Assembly (NCBI RefSeq): GCF_964213995.1
Contig: NC_135819.1
Location: forward strand, 67,146,001 to 67,210,000
DNA length: 64,000 bases
DNA from: Mustelus asterias
Taxonomy: Eukaryota
Direction: 5' to 3'
The notes below the pieces were generated by a model. That model did not search any database and had not been told where the DNA came from. It saw only the letters and a list, made by a program, of their open reading frames with translations. The translations under genes were made by a program, and so were the position numbers. The first letter of the stretch is position 1, and every line of letters starts with the position of its first letter. Positions 13,331-27,000 of this stretch are shown here, piece after piece.

Positions 13331-13638
13331 ACTATTTTAAATTACAGGCTTTGGGCGATCAGCTCTAGCCCAGCGAGGTCAGCATGAAGGGCAAACATGA
13401 GTTGTTATATGGAATAAAGTTTGGAGAACAGCCTTTTGAATGTTGGCTGGGGATGGGATTACCATCCTGGTGAACACTGGGATAATTGAGTCCAAAGTTG
13501 ATATAGAGGAGGGTTTCAGCAGTAGATAGGCTGAGGTGGAGGCGGTGACCAACAAAATGCTGTTGTGGTAATGCTACTAATGGATTTATTTGGATTTTGG
13601 TTGTCAACGGTTACTGTCCAATTGTTCTTTTCCTCTAG

Positions 13639-13703
13639 GAAATGGATCCCTTTGAACAAGATTAGGAAGTTACACCCCATACGATCCATACAATTTCACA
13701 ATG
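13639..13703 (+). CDS. SMKR1: Candidate SMKR1 upstream exon ending in the initiator ATG (13701-13703)
   Basis: Acceptor TTCTTTTCCTCTAG|G at 13638/9 and ATG|GTACAG donor; a phase-0 join to 14127 gives MPTKSGK..., like human MPAKGKK. Confidence 0.55.
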
Positions 13704-14126
13704 GTACAGTATTGATTCATCTTCTCTGTTTTAAGGGTGTTTACACATTGATAGGGGCAAGCTTCCAGCAGTTTCCTCTCTCTCATGTCACTAAGTGCTG
13801 TGCCTCTGTTGGGATGAGAAGGGATGGCTCGTCTAATCTCTATCCACCTCTTTGTTTGACCAGTGGCTGATTGATGACGTCCCTCCCCATCTCTTTCTTT
13901 CAAATTCCAAGCAGCGTAAAACCACAGGCTCCCATGGCACCTCACACTGCCCATGTCTTGGTTGCTCAACAGGGTTGGAGGTTGGCAGAGTGGCATTGGC
14001 TACCAGTTGTTTTGGCGGGGGGGAGGCGGGGGTGGCGCAGGTGTTGGGACGCGTGGCATTAGACACCTTCTGCGGTGAGTGACCATTTGGTTGGATTGAA
14101 GCTGAATTTGTCTGCTTCTGTTGCAG

Positions 14127-14387
14127 CCCACTAAAAGCGGCAAGACAAAGGGAAAGGCCAGCAGTGCCGGCAGTAAGAAGGGAAAGGGCGGCAAGAAAGC
14201 TGGGGGTGGCAAGAAGAAGAAGAAGAGGGACAAGAAGGAGAAAGGTTCCAAATCCGAAACTGAGTTGGATATTCTGAGTCCGGCAGCCATGTTCAACCTG
14301 TACTACATCTCGCACAATGTGGGGGACAGTTTAGCCTTTCGAGGCTTTGCCTGGCCTGGCAGTCCAAAGAAGAAAGGGCGGAAGTAA
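14127..14387 (+). CDS. SMKR1: Small lysine-rich protein 1, main coding exon
   Basis: Acceptor TCTGTTGCAG at 14126; Lys-rich N-terminus then [41 protein letters not shown], matching human [20 protein letters not shown]...RGFHWPG; AATAAA at 14400 and 14434. Confidence 0.92.
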   Translation, partial: PTKSGKTKGKASSAGSKKGKGGKKAGGGKKKKKRDKKEKGSKSETELDILSPAAMFNLYYISHNVGDSLAFRGFAWPGSPKKKGRK

Positions 14388-16804
14388 ATTGGTTAATTAA
14401 ATAAAGAAAGAAAAACAAAGACATGTGCCGAGGAATAAATATTTTAATATCTTAATACGTCTCAACTGGGGGCAAAAACTCTCCCTCTTGGTCTGGGTTG
14501 AATCTTTAGGCTTCATTTCACTCCATCTGCCTCATGTCAAGGCAGCTGGGTACAGTCCCAACAGGATGGGTGCCATCTGAACATTTGGCAATGTGCGGGT
14601 AGGGTGTAAAAAAGAAAAATTGATTGTATTTTGTCAGTAAACAAATGGTAGAAACGTATACCAGGGATGTGCTACAGTGTCGCTGTTGTGTTAACCAGCT
14701 CACATCAAAACACAGACTGTCCATATAGCTGAAAGAGGTAAGCTGTGTCTTATCTCGTTTGTATAGTTTCCCCAGGCAACTATAGCTAAAAATAACCAGG
14801 TGGGTATAAAGGATCCATGGCACTAGTCATGTTCACCTGGCATCCTGGCCAACATTCCTCCCTCAGCTAGCAGCACCAAAAAAGGTTCAGTGGCCATTTA
14901 TCGTTGATGTTCAGACTGTCTGCCAGATTTCCCTCTGTAACAACAGCAACTACATTTCACTGGTAGTTCATAGCTCATGGGGTGGTGTGAGATTCCTGAG
15001 AATGTGTAAGTTCTTTATAAATAGATTTTTTCTTTTTTTCATGTATTCTATTTAAAATGGTTGATCTGATGCAAGATGGCAGAATTCTTCTGCCCTGCCC
15101 ACCACAGAATCGGAGCAGGCTTGAGGGGCCAAATGGCCTCCTTCTACACTGCATGGATTCTATGATTCTATAATTGAACTGAATAACAGACTCAAGGGTT
15201 GAATGGTCCCCTGTTCCTATGGTGTTATATGGCCCTCATACTAAGTGTGATGTACTGTATTTATACATGAAGTTAACTGCTCAGTGCCTTTGACTGGGAG
15301 CCGGCCATCGACTGCCCCTTTCACCAGAATGGCAATGACTTGGAGGGAAACCAAGCGGAACCAGGAAGCAACAAAATCAACTCACAGGGTATATTAATTT
15401 CAATAAAGGAACCCAAACGCTGTAATTAGGGCGTTCCCAGTGGTGATCATTAGATATTATTAGATCAAGTTGAAGATCCCGTTTTCCTGTAACATAACCT
15501 TGGATTCAGAAAATACTTTATTCAGGCATCTCCCTGCCCAGACCAGTCAGTTTTTAATTTCAATCTGCCTTTCTCCTGTCTTCTGTCATGGCATTGACTC
15601 CCTCCTGGGGACCCTTCCAGTGACTATCCGACAGCTCATAAAAGCATTCGCTCAGACATCCGTCCATGGGCTATTTTACCATGGCCCTCCTCCAAAGACT
15701 GTGCATATAAATTAACTCGAGTGAGCATGGTGGTCACTGAATGATCAGTAGAACCACAAAATCTGACCTGTTTTCCCAGGTTCATCTGTCTTGCATCTCA
15801 CTCCAACCCAATGGACATCTTAGCAAATGATTGAAGTTAACAATTTGTACCCATCTGGATGGTTCAATCATTTTTTTTAGCACATTCTTTCATGGGCATC
15901 GCTGGCTAGGCTAACTTTTATCGCCAATCCCCAATTGTCCTTGAGAAGGTGGTGCTGAGCTGCCTTCTTGAACGACTGCAGTCCACGTCATGTAGATAAC
16001 CCACAGAGCTGTTAGGAAGGGGTTTTCAGGATTTTGACCCAGCGATGGTGAAGGACCAGCGATATATTTCCAGATTAAGGATGGTGAGTGGCTTGGATGG
16101 TAAATTGCAGGTGGTGATGTTCCCATGTGTCTGTTACCCTTGTCCTTCAAGATGCTAAAAGTTGTGAGTTTGGAAAGTACTGTCGAAAATATACCTGATG
16201 GGCAAAGGTGCAACCAATGTCTTTCCTAATTTAAGGACAACCATTTCGCTAAAATGTTGCAGTCTGTTACTATTAACAGCAACATCAACTTGCACTTAGA
16301 TAATCTCTTTAATGTAGGAAAATATCCCAAGGCTCTACACAGGAGTGTAATCTAATAAATGTGAGGTTTGAGGCAAAGAAAGAAATTAGGAAAAGTGCCT
16401 AATAGCTTGGTCAAAGAGATGGATTTTACGAAGAGTCTTAAAGAACAAGAGAGAACCAAATTGAGAACCACACAGGTTTCGAGACATTTGAGCTTCCATG
16501 TTGTTACCAAGGAAGCACAGTATTTTTGGAGCTTTCAGATGAATGGCAGCCTGACTCAATGGTTGCACTTGTGCCTCAGTGTTAAACCAAGGCCCTGTCC
16601 AGCTGCTTAGCTGAATATAAAAGATCCCATGGCATTATTTGAAGCACAGGCCAGCTCCCCCAGAGTCCTGACCAACACTTGTCCCTCAATGCCCAGGTAA
16701 ACAGATTATCTGACCTTTCACCTCATGGATTTTGAACTTTGCGTGTACAAATTGACTGCCGCAATTTGCCTGCAAAACAGCAGCAACCACACATCTTAAG
16801 AATG

Positions 16805-17115
16805 AAATGACTTGCATTTATATAGCACCTTTCACAACCGCAGAACGCCCCAAAACATTTCATAGCCAATGAAGTGCTTTTGAAATGTAATAACTGGTCT
16901 AATGTAGGAAGACACAGCAGCCAATCAAAGACCAAATAATCTGTTGTTGATTGAGAGATAAATATTAACTAGGAGAACCTTCCCATTCTTCTCTGGATAG
17001 AGCCATTGGATCTTCTACATCCACCTGAGAGGGCAGGCAAGGCCTTGGTTTAATCTGAACGATGGCACCTCAGACAGTATGGCATGGCCTCAGTACGACA
17101 CTGAAATATTGTTCT
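16805..17115 (-). mobile_element. DeuSINE (SacSINE1/AmnSINE-like) remnant
   Basis: Recurrent TTGCATTTATATAGCACCTT...CCCAAA...AGCCAATGAAGT block; other copies near 18185, 19530, 22940, 28590, 34450, 42620, 46085, 57995, 59170 and 61990. Confidence 0.55.
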
Positions 17116-17913
17116 GAATGATGCCCAAATCTCTGGACTGCAGCTTGCACAGTACTTCATTGGTTCTGATTGTTGCAACCATGCAGAGTTGGAGCAACAA
17201 AGTGAACCTTCAAGACCTAGATATAGGAAAATGACATGAATTCCAATGTCCAGGAAAGTGCACACCCTTTGGGGTTTTCTGAGAGTGTGAAAAGAGCGAT
17301 TAAAAATGCAAGTAGTTTTTTTTTCAGCATTTGGAGATGGGTTACCTATGACTGGGGAAGAGAGTTTGATGATTGGTTTACTGGTGATGGGGTTTACTAT
17401 TGATTCTGGGGGGAGGAGAGGATTCACAAGTGATTAGGGGAGGGGATACTAATTAGTGGTGGGAAGGGTTCATCCACGATTGGGGGAGTGTGTCGCAGGA
17501 GGATATTCAGTGAGGGTGAACTCTTATGATCCTAATAGTTTTTTCTCTTTTTATTTAAACTTCCTTACACAACTATTGCCCAATAATATGAGATGAACAC
17601 AGGACCAGATTCCTCAGCCACTCAGGAATGTTGTTTCTACTCGTCTCTGAATCCAGTCTGAAAACCTTCAGCTCAGTTTAAAAAGATTGAATTTCAGATA
17701 TCTGCCAGCGTTGACCCTTTCTGATCTTTATTTTTATTTGCAGGGTAGGGCGGTGGGTGTTGTTTATTCACTACATTAATAGAAATACAAATAAAATAGA
17801 AGCAGTTTGATGGGAACTGTCACAAATTACAACACATTCGACATAATGAACGATCATCAAAGGACAAGATTAGCCATAACTCGAGCTCTGCGTTGTTCCA
17901 GTTGGTATTAAGA

Positions 17914-18098
17914 TCATGAGCGGTTGCTAATGTACTCCATGATTGTCTTCATTGCCAGCCAAGTCTCCTGAGCAGTTGGGAGAATCTCCCTGGTTGGTAG
18001 CATGAAACCATAGCGACCAGTGTCACGGAGCTCAAAGGCAAAGGAGTACTTGACGCCCTGGTCATACGTCCAGTCAATGCTGCCTCCGCTGGCCTGGT
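17914..18098 (-). CDS. CPA2: CPA2 exon 11 (last coding)
   Basis: (Y)[34 protein letters not shown]...SNRS*; AATAAA on the minus strand at 17763-17768. Confidence 0.95.
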
Positions 18099-21000
18099 CT
18101 GAAATGGAAAAGGAGAAACAATTATCCACCTTAAGTGTGTCTTATCTTCATAGTCCATCCATTTCCTTACTTGAAAAAAAAGGATTTGCATTTATATAGC
18201 ACCTTTTGCAACCTCAGAACATCCCAAAGCATTTTACAGCCAAATCAATTATTTCTGAAGTGTAGTCACTGTTGTAATGTAGGAGATGTGGCAGCCAATT
18301 AGTCAATGGTTAGCTCCCACAAGCAGCAGGGATGAATGGTTAGCATTGTTGGTTGAGGGATAAATATTAGTTAGGACAGTCGGATGAACAGCACTACTCT
18401 TCTTGAAGATGGTGCAGTGAAATCTTTTAGTGTCCAACTGATCGAGCATGCAGAGTCTCATCTTCCGACACTGCAGCACTTCTTCAGTACGGCACTGGAG
18501 GATCAGTCTGGTCTATCTGCTCAGTTCCCTGGGACTTGAACCCATGACCTTCTGACCTGGGGGCAAAGAATGCTCCAGATTCAGCCAAGGATGACCCAGA
18601 AAGAAAGCTTTGTTTCCCCATCTCCAAAGATGTGCAGGTTAGGGTGATTGGCCATGCTAAATTGACCCTTAGTGTCAGGGGGATTAGCATGGGGAACATG
18701 GGGTTATGGGGATAGGTCCTGGGTGGGATCATTGGCGGTGCTGGTTTGATGGGCCAAATGGCCTCCTTCTATACTGTAGGGATTCTATGATTCTGTGATT
18801 CTATGATCTACGTGACTGTTACTTGCACAGTTACTGTACTTACAGATTGCTTCACAGATAGACCCAATCTTATACCGTGTTCCATACAGTGAGGTTAAAG
18901 AGCTGACAGCAGACTTAGCGAGCATCTCCTGCAGGGAGAAAACAGAATCACTTTACCGATCTCATTTATTTACTTGCTGTAATCCAGTCTGGATCACCAA
19001 TCATAGAAAATAAAGAACAGCATTAGAAAAGATCACTTAGCCCCTGTGTTATGGGATCTACCCAACCACCAATCTCTTGCTATGATCTGTCCCCTGTGTA
19101 ATGGGAAGTATTTTCTATTATTGATCATTCGCAGGGTGTGAGTGTCACTGGCAAGGCCAGCATTTATTGCCCATCCTTATTACAATGGAGGCTTGCTAGG
19201 CCATTTCAGAATGCAGTTACCACATTGCTATAGACCTGAAGTCACATTTGGCCAGCGGATTTCCTTTCCTGAAGGATATTAGTGAGCTAGATGGGTTTTG
19301 ACAACAATCTGGTAGTTTTATGGTCACCATTGCTGATACTAGCTTTTTATTTTGTTCCAGATTTATTCAGTTCTGATACTAGTTCAATGACATAACCACT
19401 GTGCTACCCAAATTCCTCCATGACCCACTGTATCATGGGAGCTACCTAGTCATTTAATATCTTGCGGCTGGGTTGTGTATAAATAGTCCCTAAAGTGTAA
19501 GGGAGAAAAGGGCAAAGGTGAAAATAAAGAATTGAATTCGCTTAGCACCTTTCATGGTTGTGGGGCATCCCAAAGCACTTTACAGTCATTGGAGGGCAGT
19601 CACTGTTAGTGTAGGTTGTAATAACCAAAATAACTCTTTCACTGTCCTTTAAAAAGCACCAGAGGATATTTTACATTCTCCTGAAGCATAGTATCTCCGA
19701 CAGGGCAGGCAGTGGTGTAGTGGTATTGTCACCGGACTACTAATCCAGGTAATGCTCTGGGGACTTGGATTCAAATCCTGGCGGATGGTGAAATTTGAAT
19801 TCAGTACAAATCTGGAATTAAATATCTATTGAAACCATTGTTGCAAAAACCAAACTTGTTCACTAATGCCCTTTAGGGAAGGAACTATGTTGTGACTCTT
19901 AAGTGCCCTCAATAAATATTGGCCCAGCCAGTGACATCCACATCCCAGCTATCAGTCTAGATTATGTTGCCTCTGGATTAGGACTTGAACCCACAACCTA
20001 ACTCAGAGACAGGAGAGCGCCCAACTGAGCCAAAGCTGCCAGTTGGATGAGAAAAAGATACTTCAATAATCTGGTGACTAAAGTGAATTTTTCACTGCCT
20101 TTAAAGAGGATGCTTCGAAAATTGATTAAACTAAATCTGAAATAAGAAAAGAAAATGGAAAGACCCAGCAGGTCTGGCAGCATCTGTGGAGAGAGAAACA
20201 GAGGGCCCAATTTTACCATCAAATTTGTGCCTGTTTTTGGGCGTGAAAACTTGGTAAAGTCGGGCGTGAGGCGAGTAGCGTGATCCACACCTGCCTCCGC
20301 GCCGGTTCCCCCTTTACCAAGGCCCGAAAATGGCCACGATCAGGACCGCACCCGAAACAGGCATGATGGCTATTTAAATGTATTTGCCTGCATTTAAATT
20401 GACTTAATGGGCTGCACGCCCAACTTACTGGCATTCCCCCCTTTACCACCGCGTTCGCCCATCCAGAATTGGTGCAAAACAGACATGCTCAACAGAAATC
20501 TGATTCGGGCGCTCCGGTTAGTGAGGAGGTAAGTACCGAGCGTCAGGCGGCTCGCTGCTTGAGATTGGTGGGGGGGGGAAGGGGGAGTCCGCTGCCACTC
20601 TGCCTGAGATTAATGAGGGGGAAGGGGGGGGGTCTGCTGCCACTCTACCTGAGATCAATCAGTGGGAGGGGGGGGGAGTGTCCCGTGATCAGTCTGGGTG
20701 GCGGGAGGGTGGGGGGGTAAGGGGATCATAATGTTGTGGGGGTGGGGCAATGTCTATGGGGACCAGGGGGAGGCATTATCTGGCCCGGGAGCGATGTGGC
20801 AAGGGAGCCGCATTCCATCATTTTTTTCTGCACATGCGCAGTTGAAGGCGCTGATTGGAGCTGCAGGATTTCGGGCGCTTTAAGCCCCGCCCACAGGCTT
20901 GTGCAGCACCACTCGGAATTGCTGATATTTTTTTAGGCAGGGTGCCTATCGGGGCGCCGGAGAATGGGTCTAAAAGTCGGATCTGAAACACTCCCAGTTT

Positions 21001-24000
21001 CAAGTCCGCCCAGCACTTAGAATCAAAATGTTAAAATAGGACCCAGAATTAACATTTTGAATTTATATGAGCTCTGAAGAAGAGTCAAATGGACTGGAAA
21101 TATTAAGTTTTGATCTCTCCTCACACATGTTGTCAGAACTAAACTAATACAAGTTGCTTCCCCTCCCCCATGAGCTCAATAGGTTACGATCATGACTATC
21201 TGCAAACTGAATGGAACAGGTCAATTTTTGGTCAGTGTTGCGCCAACTGGCCACAAGCAGGATTGCACACAGAGACTTTAAACTCAGCAGCAGTGACTCT
21301 GGACTGGGGAAAGGAATATCAGGCAAGGCCCCCTTTCCTGATTGTTCATCAGGGATTCCTCATGGAGGGGGAAGGCCAGGGAGCAGGACAGCACTGGGCC
21401 TGCTGGTGATGTTGGGTAGACTAACCATCTGGAGGAGTTAATGGAGGAAACTCACCCTCAGTGAATCGGTCCCCTCCCACTGTCGAGGGGTCAGGCCTGC
21501 TCAGGAAATGAGGGAATAATCATGGGAGATGGAGGAAGAAGTGTGGGGATGGGGGAGGTTGTAGGAAAATGGACAATGAAGAATGTAAAGAAGGTTTGAC
21601 CTACCAGTTCCTGGTAATCAGCAGGGGGCACACACTTGTACCCAAAAGGGAACATGAGCAGCTGTGAGTAACTATGAATGGTGATGAAGCTCTTGATGTT
21701 TTTGTGACTCTGCACAAAGTTGACAATGGCCGCCACCTCAGGTTCAGAGTTGGGATAGGGCCCATGGTACGTCGCCATGCATGGATTGTCACTGGTTCCA
21801 GGACCTGTCACATGGACAGCAGCTGACATTAATCTTTACACAAAGCCCTTACTTTCTCTGTATTGCTCTCATCACACCTTCCGCCTCTGCCGCTAATTCC
21901 CAGGCACTGGTTACCACCACCATCTTGCCCAAATGGCAATGACCAGCTATTCAACCACAGGGGCATCATAAACAAGATTGGTCACCTCCACACCTGAAGT
22001 CCGGACTCTCTCACTTCCAGGCATGGTCTTGATGTGACATTTTGGAACCCACTTGTCTTCAGCTAACCTCTCAGTCTCTGTTTTCCTGGGAAGAAGAAGT
22101 TTCAGCCAGCACTCTGACACCTGGTGGCTTATCCAGTGAGAACCACAACTCCCTCAGCCTACCTTTGTGCAGGGTCTGCATGTATGATATTGGAATAGTG
22201 TAGGTTAGAGGGGCTTTAGATTGGTTTCACTGGTCGGTGCAACATCGAGGGCCGAAGGGCCTGTACTGCGCTGTAATGTTCTATGTTCTCGATGTCGGGT
22301 GAGAGCAAGACTAGACACAGCAGTGATATCTACAGTAGTCAAATAGCTTTCTGGCACTCACTACCTGATGCCCTGATTGAGGCCCAGTCTTGAGGGTAAT
22401 ATATTCCTATGAAGCTAAAGGAGGAAGAAAAAATATCTCACACACCTCCAAACCCAGCGTCAAAGTTCCTGTTGGCATCGACCCCAACACATTTCCTTCC
22501 AGGGGCGGTGGATCTGGTCTTACGCCACATTCGGTTCTAGAAAAAGGTCATATGATCAGAACATCAGCATTGAACCAGACCTTCAGCCCTTCAACCTCCT
22601 GAAATATCTGCCTTCCTCTAATTCTGGCCTCTTGAGCATCCCTGACTTTAGTGGCTCCACGTTAACTGCCAAGGCCCCAAGCTCTGGAATACTCTCCCTA
22701 AACATCACCACCTCTCTTTCTTCCTTTAGGACCTTTGACCAAGCTTTTGCTCATCTGACCTAATACTTCCTTCAGCATCAGTGTCATATTTTGTTTTATA
22801 GTGTTCCTATAAAGCATTTGGGAGATATTATGACATTAAAAATGCTATAAAAATGTAAGTTGTTGTTATACTGTTGTCCTCGTGAGCACAGGGCACAAGC
22901 ATTGCAACACCTTCATGAGGTCAAGGGAAAGAGAAGGAAACTGCATTTCTGTTGCGCCTTTCATGATCTCAAGGTTTCCCAAAGCGTTTACAACCAATTA
23001 AATACTTCCTTAAAATGTGGTTAAGGGAAATGCACAGCAAGCTCCCACAAACGTGGGGCGGCACGGTAGCACAGTGGTTAGCACTGCTGCTTCACAGCTC
23101 CAGGGACCTGGGTTCGATTCCCGGCTTGGGTCACTGTCTGTGTGGAGTTTGCACATTCTCCTCGTGTCTGCGTGGGTTTCCTCCGGGTGCTCCGGTTTCC
23201 TCCCACAGTCCAAAGATGTGCGGGTTAGGTTGATTGGCTATGCTAAAATTGCCCCTTAGTGTCCTGAGATGTGTAGGTTAGAGGGATTAGTGGGTAAAAT
23301 ATGTAGGGGTAGGGCCTGGGTGGGATTGTGGTTGGTGCAGACTTGATGGGCTGAATGGCCTCTTTCTGTACTGTAGGGTTTCTATGATTCTATGATTCTA
23401 TGAAACAGTAGCGTGATGAGCCACCAGATCACCCTGCATTTACTGAACTGTCAGTTTGTGTACATCACTGACAGTATAAGATATTCCTCAGTCATAAGCA
23501 GACAGTTTCCTTTACATCGGGGATCAAAGGAAGGTGATATGTGTGTGGTGATTATTGACAGATCCGAATCCAAAGGTTTGGAGATGTCAAAGTGTCTCGA
23601 TCAAGCTGGAAGTCCAGGGGGTACTGACCTTGGTGTGGGTGTGAACATAACCATCTGGATTCACCACAATCTCCATGTAGATGTCTATCTTCCTCAGGAG
23701 TGCCGTGATGAAGGGTTCCTGGCCATAGTCAGTGACAATCTGAAAGAGAGATTTTGTGATGTAACGAATAGTGTTTAATCCCTGATCTTTTCCTCAGTGT
23801 TGCTCGGGACTGGGTTAAAGTTCGATAGATGTGAGCAGCCACACATCACTCAAGGATCAAACCTGGTGCTTTGCAGGTGGGCAAATCTCAGTACCCACCC
23901 CCCCCACCCCCACCCCCCCCCCCCCCCCCCCCCCCCCCCCAGGAACCCACACTGCCATCCAGCGCAGTGAGAATGCTCGAGCACCCTGTCTGCATCTTGG

Positions 24001-27000
24001 CAGCGAGGAAGGAAAGAGAAATAAAAGCTAGTGAGAGAAGAGAAAATCAGACAAACTAAGAGAGTGAGATAGAACAGGTCACAAATATAGTGAGTGAGAG
24101 TAAGATGAAAGAGTGAGACAGAACGAGACACAAATAAAGAGGTAGAGTGAGACAGAGTAAAGTGAAGAGAAGGAAAACGAGATGGGAAAAAACAGATAAA
24201 GAGAGACAGAGAGTGTGACAGAACAAGAAACAGAGAAACAGAGCAGGGGAAACAGCTACCCTGCCACTGTGTCACTCAATTGCCATCTGTCACATAAAGA
24301 CTCAATTCTATCCACCCTCAAACCGCAGGGTGCTGAGGCCGACTGTACTACCTCCCTGCCAAAGGGTCCTGAGGCCAACCCTGCCTCACCTTCCACCCCT
24401 CCCCCAACCCACCTAAGTACTGAGGTCACCTAACTGAGCACAGAGCAGGAATGGACCCCAGACCTGGCTCAGTTTGATCTATGATTGGGTGTTAACCACG
24501 TCCAACACCTCGGTATGTTTGTTTACCTTCTTCACCATCCAGATTGCGCTGGCAGGAGAGACCCACTCGCGGGCATGGATCCCACTGTCAATCCAGATCG
24601 CCGGGCGTCCAGTTCCACCAGTGCTGAACTGTCAAAGTGAATGGGATATGGTTACAAGGAGAAACATGGCTCTGTACCAAAGGGGGGCAGATTTCCCTCC
24701 ATTGAACTTGGGAGGCTGAAAGCATCATTTAGGAGAAGCAGAGAGGAAACTGAGAACAGCTTGAATCACAATCCACCTGATTTTCCAACTGTTCCCTCAA
24801 ATGGACCCAATACCAGGGGCAGGATCTGGTCACATTTCCCCAAACTGCACCCAAGCAATAGTTTCTACCCCAAACACTAATGAGGAAACTTAGTCCTCAT
24901 GGAAACACATTCAGCAGATTCCCAGTGTGACGCACACAATATTGGCGAAGGATTAACAGAAGATGGTTTTATTGGAAGGGGTGGTAAAATCTCCAGGAAT
25001 TTGCTCAGAGTTGGCCAGCCTTCAGTCCCTGACTGACCCACTCAAATTGCTTTGTCTGTCTTGGTGCTGGATTAAATCCCATCAATGGAAGAAGATTCTT
25101 ATTGTTTCTGTGAGAACTGAACAAAGCTTGTTTCAGGTCCTGGGGTCTTTGCTGGTTGAGCTGGGTCCTGGAGCAGAGGGCCTGGGATGATGATCAAGCC
25201 AGTGCTGGCTCCACATGGTAGCTGGGCCCAAGCCCCCTGGCTGGCTTGGAACTGCCCAATGACCCCCACAACCAGGAGAAAGATTCAACTTTCAACCCCT
25301 CACTCTTGGTTGGATGTGAAGAACCCAGTGATGAGAGGCCAGTGAATAATTAGTCCTTAATTATGATCATTTCTATACCTTTAACACATAGAGTGGGCGG
25401 CCTTCGAACGACGTTCCAATCTGTAGCTTCTCTACCAGTCCTGGAAACTCAATAGCAAGACTGTCCATCCAGCTGTAGATCTGGGGCAAGAGTTAAAGAT
25501 AAATCAAAACATTGCTGACAAACATTTCTGTGAAGAGGGAAAAGAGAGGAAGCAACACACAAAAAGAAGATGGCGATTGAAAATATTTCAGCAATGGTTA
25601 TATACACTCGCCACTCTAGCTAGCCCTGGTCATACTCACTACACCAATCTAACTAGTAATTGACTATTCAGATCTGTCATAATAACTAAAGTAAGTCGTT
25701 GGAGATGTGTAATGAGATTGCGGTTAGATGGGTTGTCTGGAATGTTGCAGAAAGTATTCCTGTGGAGGGAAGTGAGTGAAAGGTTTGTGGATGGAGGGAG
25801 CCTAAGGGTCCAGTGTTATTTCCTTCTCCTTATCCCTGTCCAACCCTCCCTCATGCTTTCATTGACTGTATCTGCAAAGCCTTCACACAGTGACCAAGAG
25901 CATTGGGAGCTGGTGTCGGTGTAATATCCACTCAGGTGGGAGTGACCCACCCTCACCACCCTCTCAGTGGACAAATGTGATGCGACATTTTCCCAGTAAA
26001 GCCCCCTGAGTGCATACCTCACCCAGCGTGTGGTATTTGCCGTAGTTGAAGGAGGAGGTGGTACGTTCCATCATGGTCGTCTGCTCCAGTTCAGCTTTTT
26101 CATTGTCAATCATCACCTAAAGGTAAGAGGTGGTTTTATACAAAATCTATCAAACTCTCAGCACAGCTCACTGTGCTTCACACAAATACTTCTCAGGTGC
26201 TGTCTCTGTGGTAATGCAGAGGACGACAGCAGTCTGTTAGCACGCAACAAGATCCCACAACCAGCAATATGCTAAAGGACCAGTTCATCTGTTTTAGTGA
26301 TATTGGTTGGGAAGAGCAGTATCATTAATAGTCACTTTCTCTTCCATTTTATTCCTCTCTTCATCTTCCCTCAATAGGTTCTCCAAAGCATCACAAACCA
26401 ATGTTCTCAACTAATTTTGTTCTCATATGACTCTTCATACATCCTCCCAGACATACACGCCCCCGACACACCACTGTTCGCATATGTACATACCCCATAT
26501 ACCCCAAACCGCTATTCACATACACTTATACACTTCACCATGCACATCCTACACAGACATGTACACACCACACTGCTGACATACACAAGTACCCCAGATA
26601 CCACCAAACACACAACACAACCCTACTCACACTTACATAATCCCTCATACACATCAAAACACATATTCCCCACACACGTGCACACCACCATGTATCCTTT
26701 TCGTACACATCCAAATAAACACAAATCTGTTCACACATCCCACATACTTCCAATGCCCACCCCTATTCACATATACATATCCCCACAAGCACGCACAACC
26801 CTATGCACCCCCCCGCTAGCATATGCTCACACACATGGTCACACACACTTATATATACCCCTACTCATACATAGGCCCTCACATACAGCCCATATATGCA
26901 GCAACTTGCACAGGTTCCTACACATCCCATTCACAGACAGGTCCAGCAGGGACCACTAGAATAAAATTAAGAATAGGGAACCTGGCCAAATATCTCCCTC

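Noticed and set aside
14071-14126. Donor CG|GTGAGT just upstream of the SMKR1 exon
   Set aside because: It would give a 52-nt intron, unusually short for a vertebrate; the 13703 donor supplies the expected ATG.
23055-23130. tRNA gene
   Set aside because: A/B boxes belong to the tRNA-derived V-SINE head; there is no complete cloverleaf.
26417-26959. 180-aa His/Thr/Pro-rich ORF
   Set aside because: Translation of degenerate CA-rich repeat within CPA2 intron 3.
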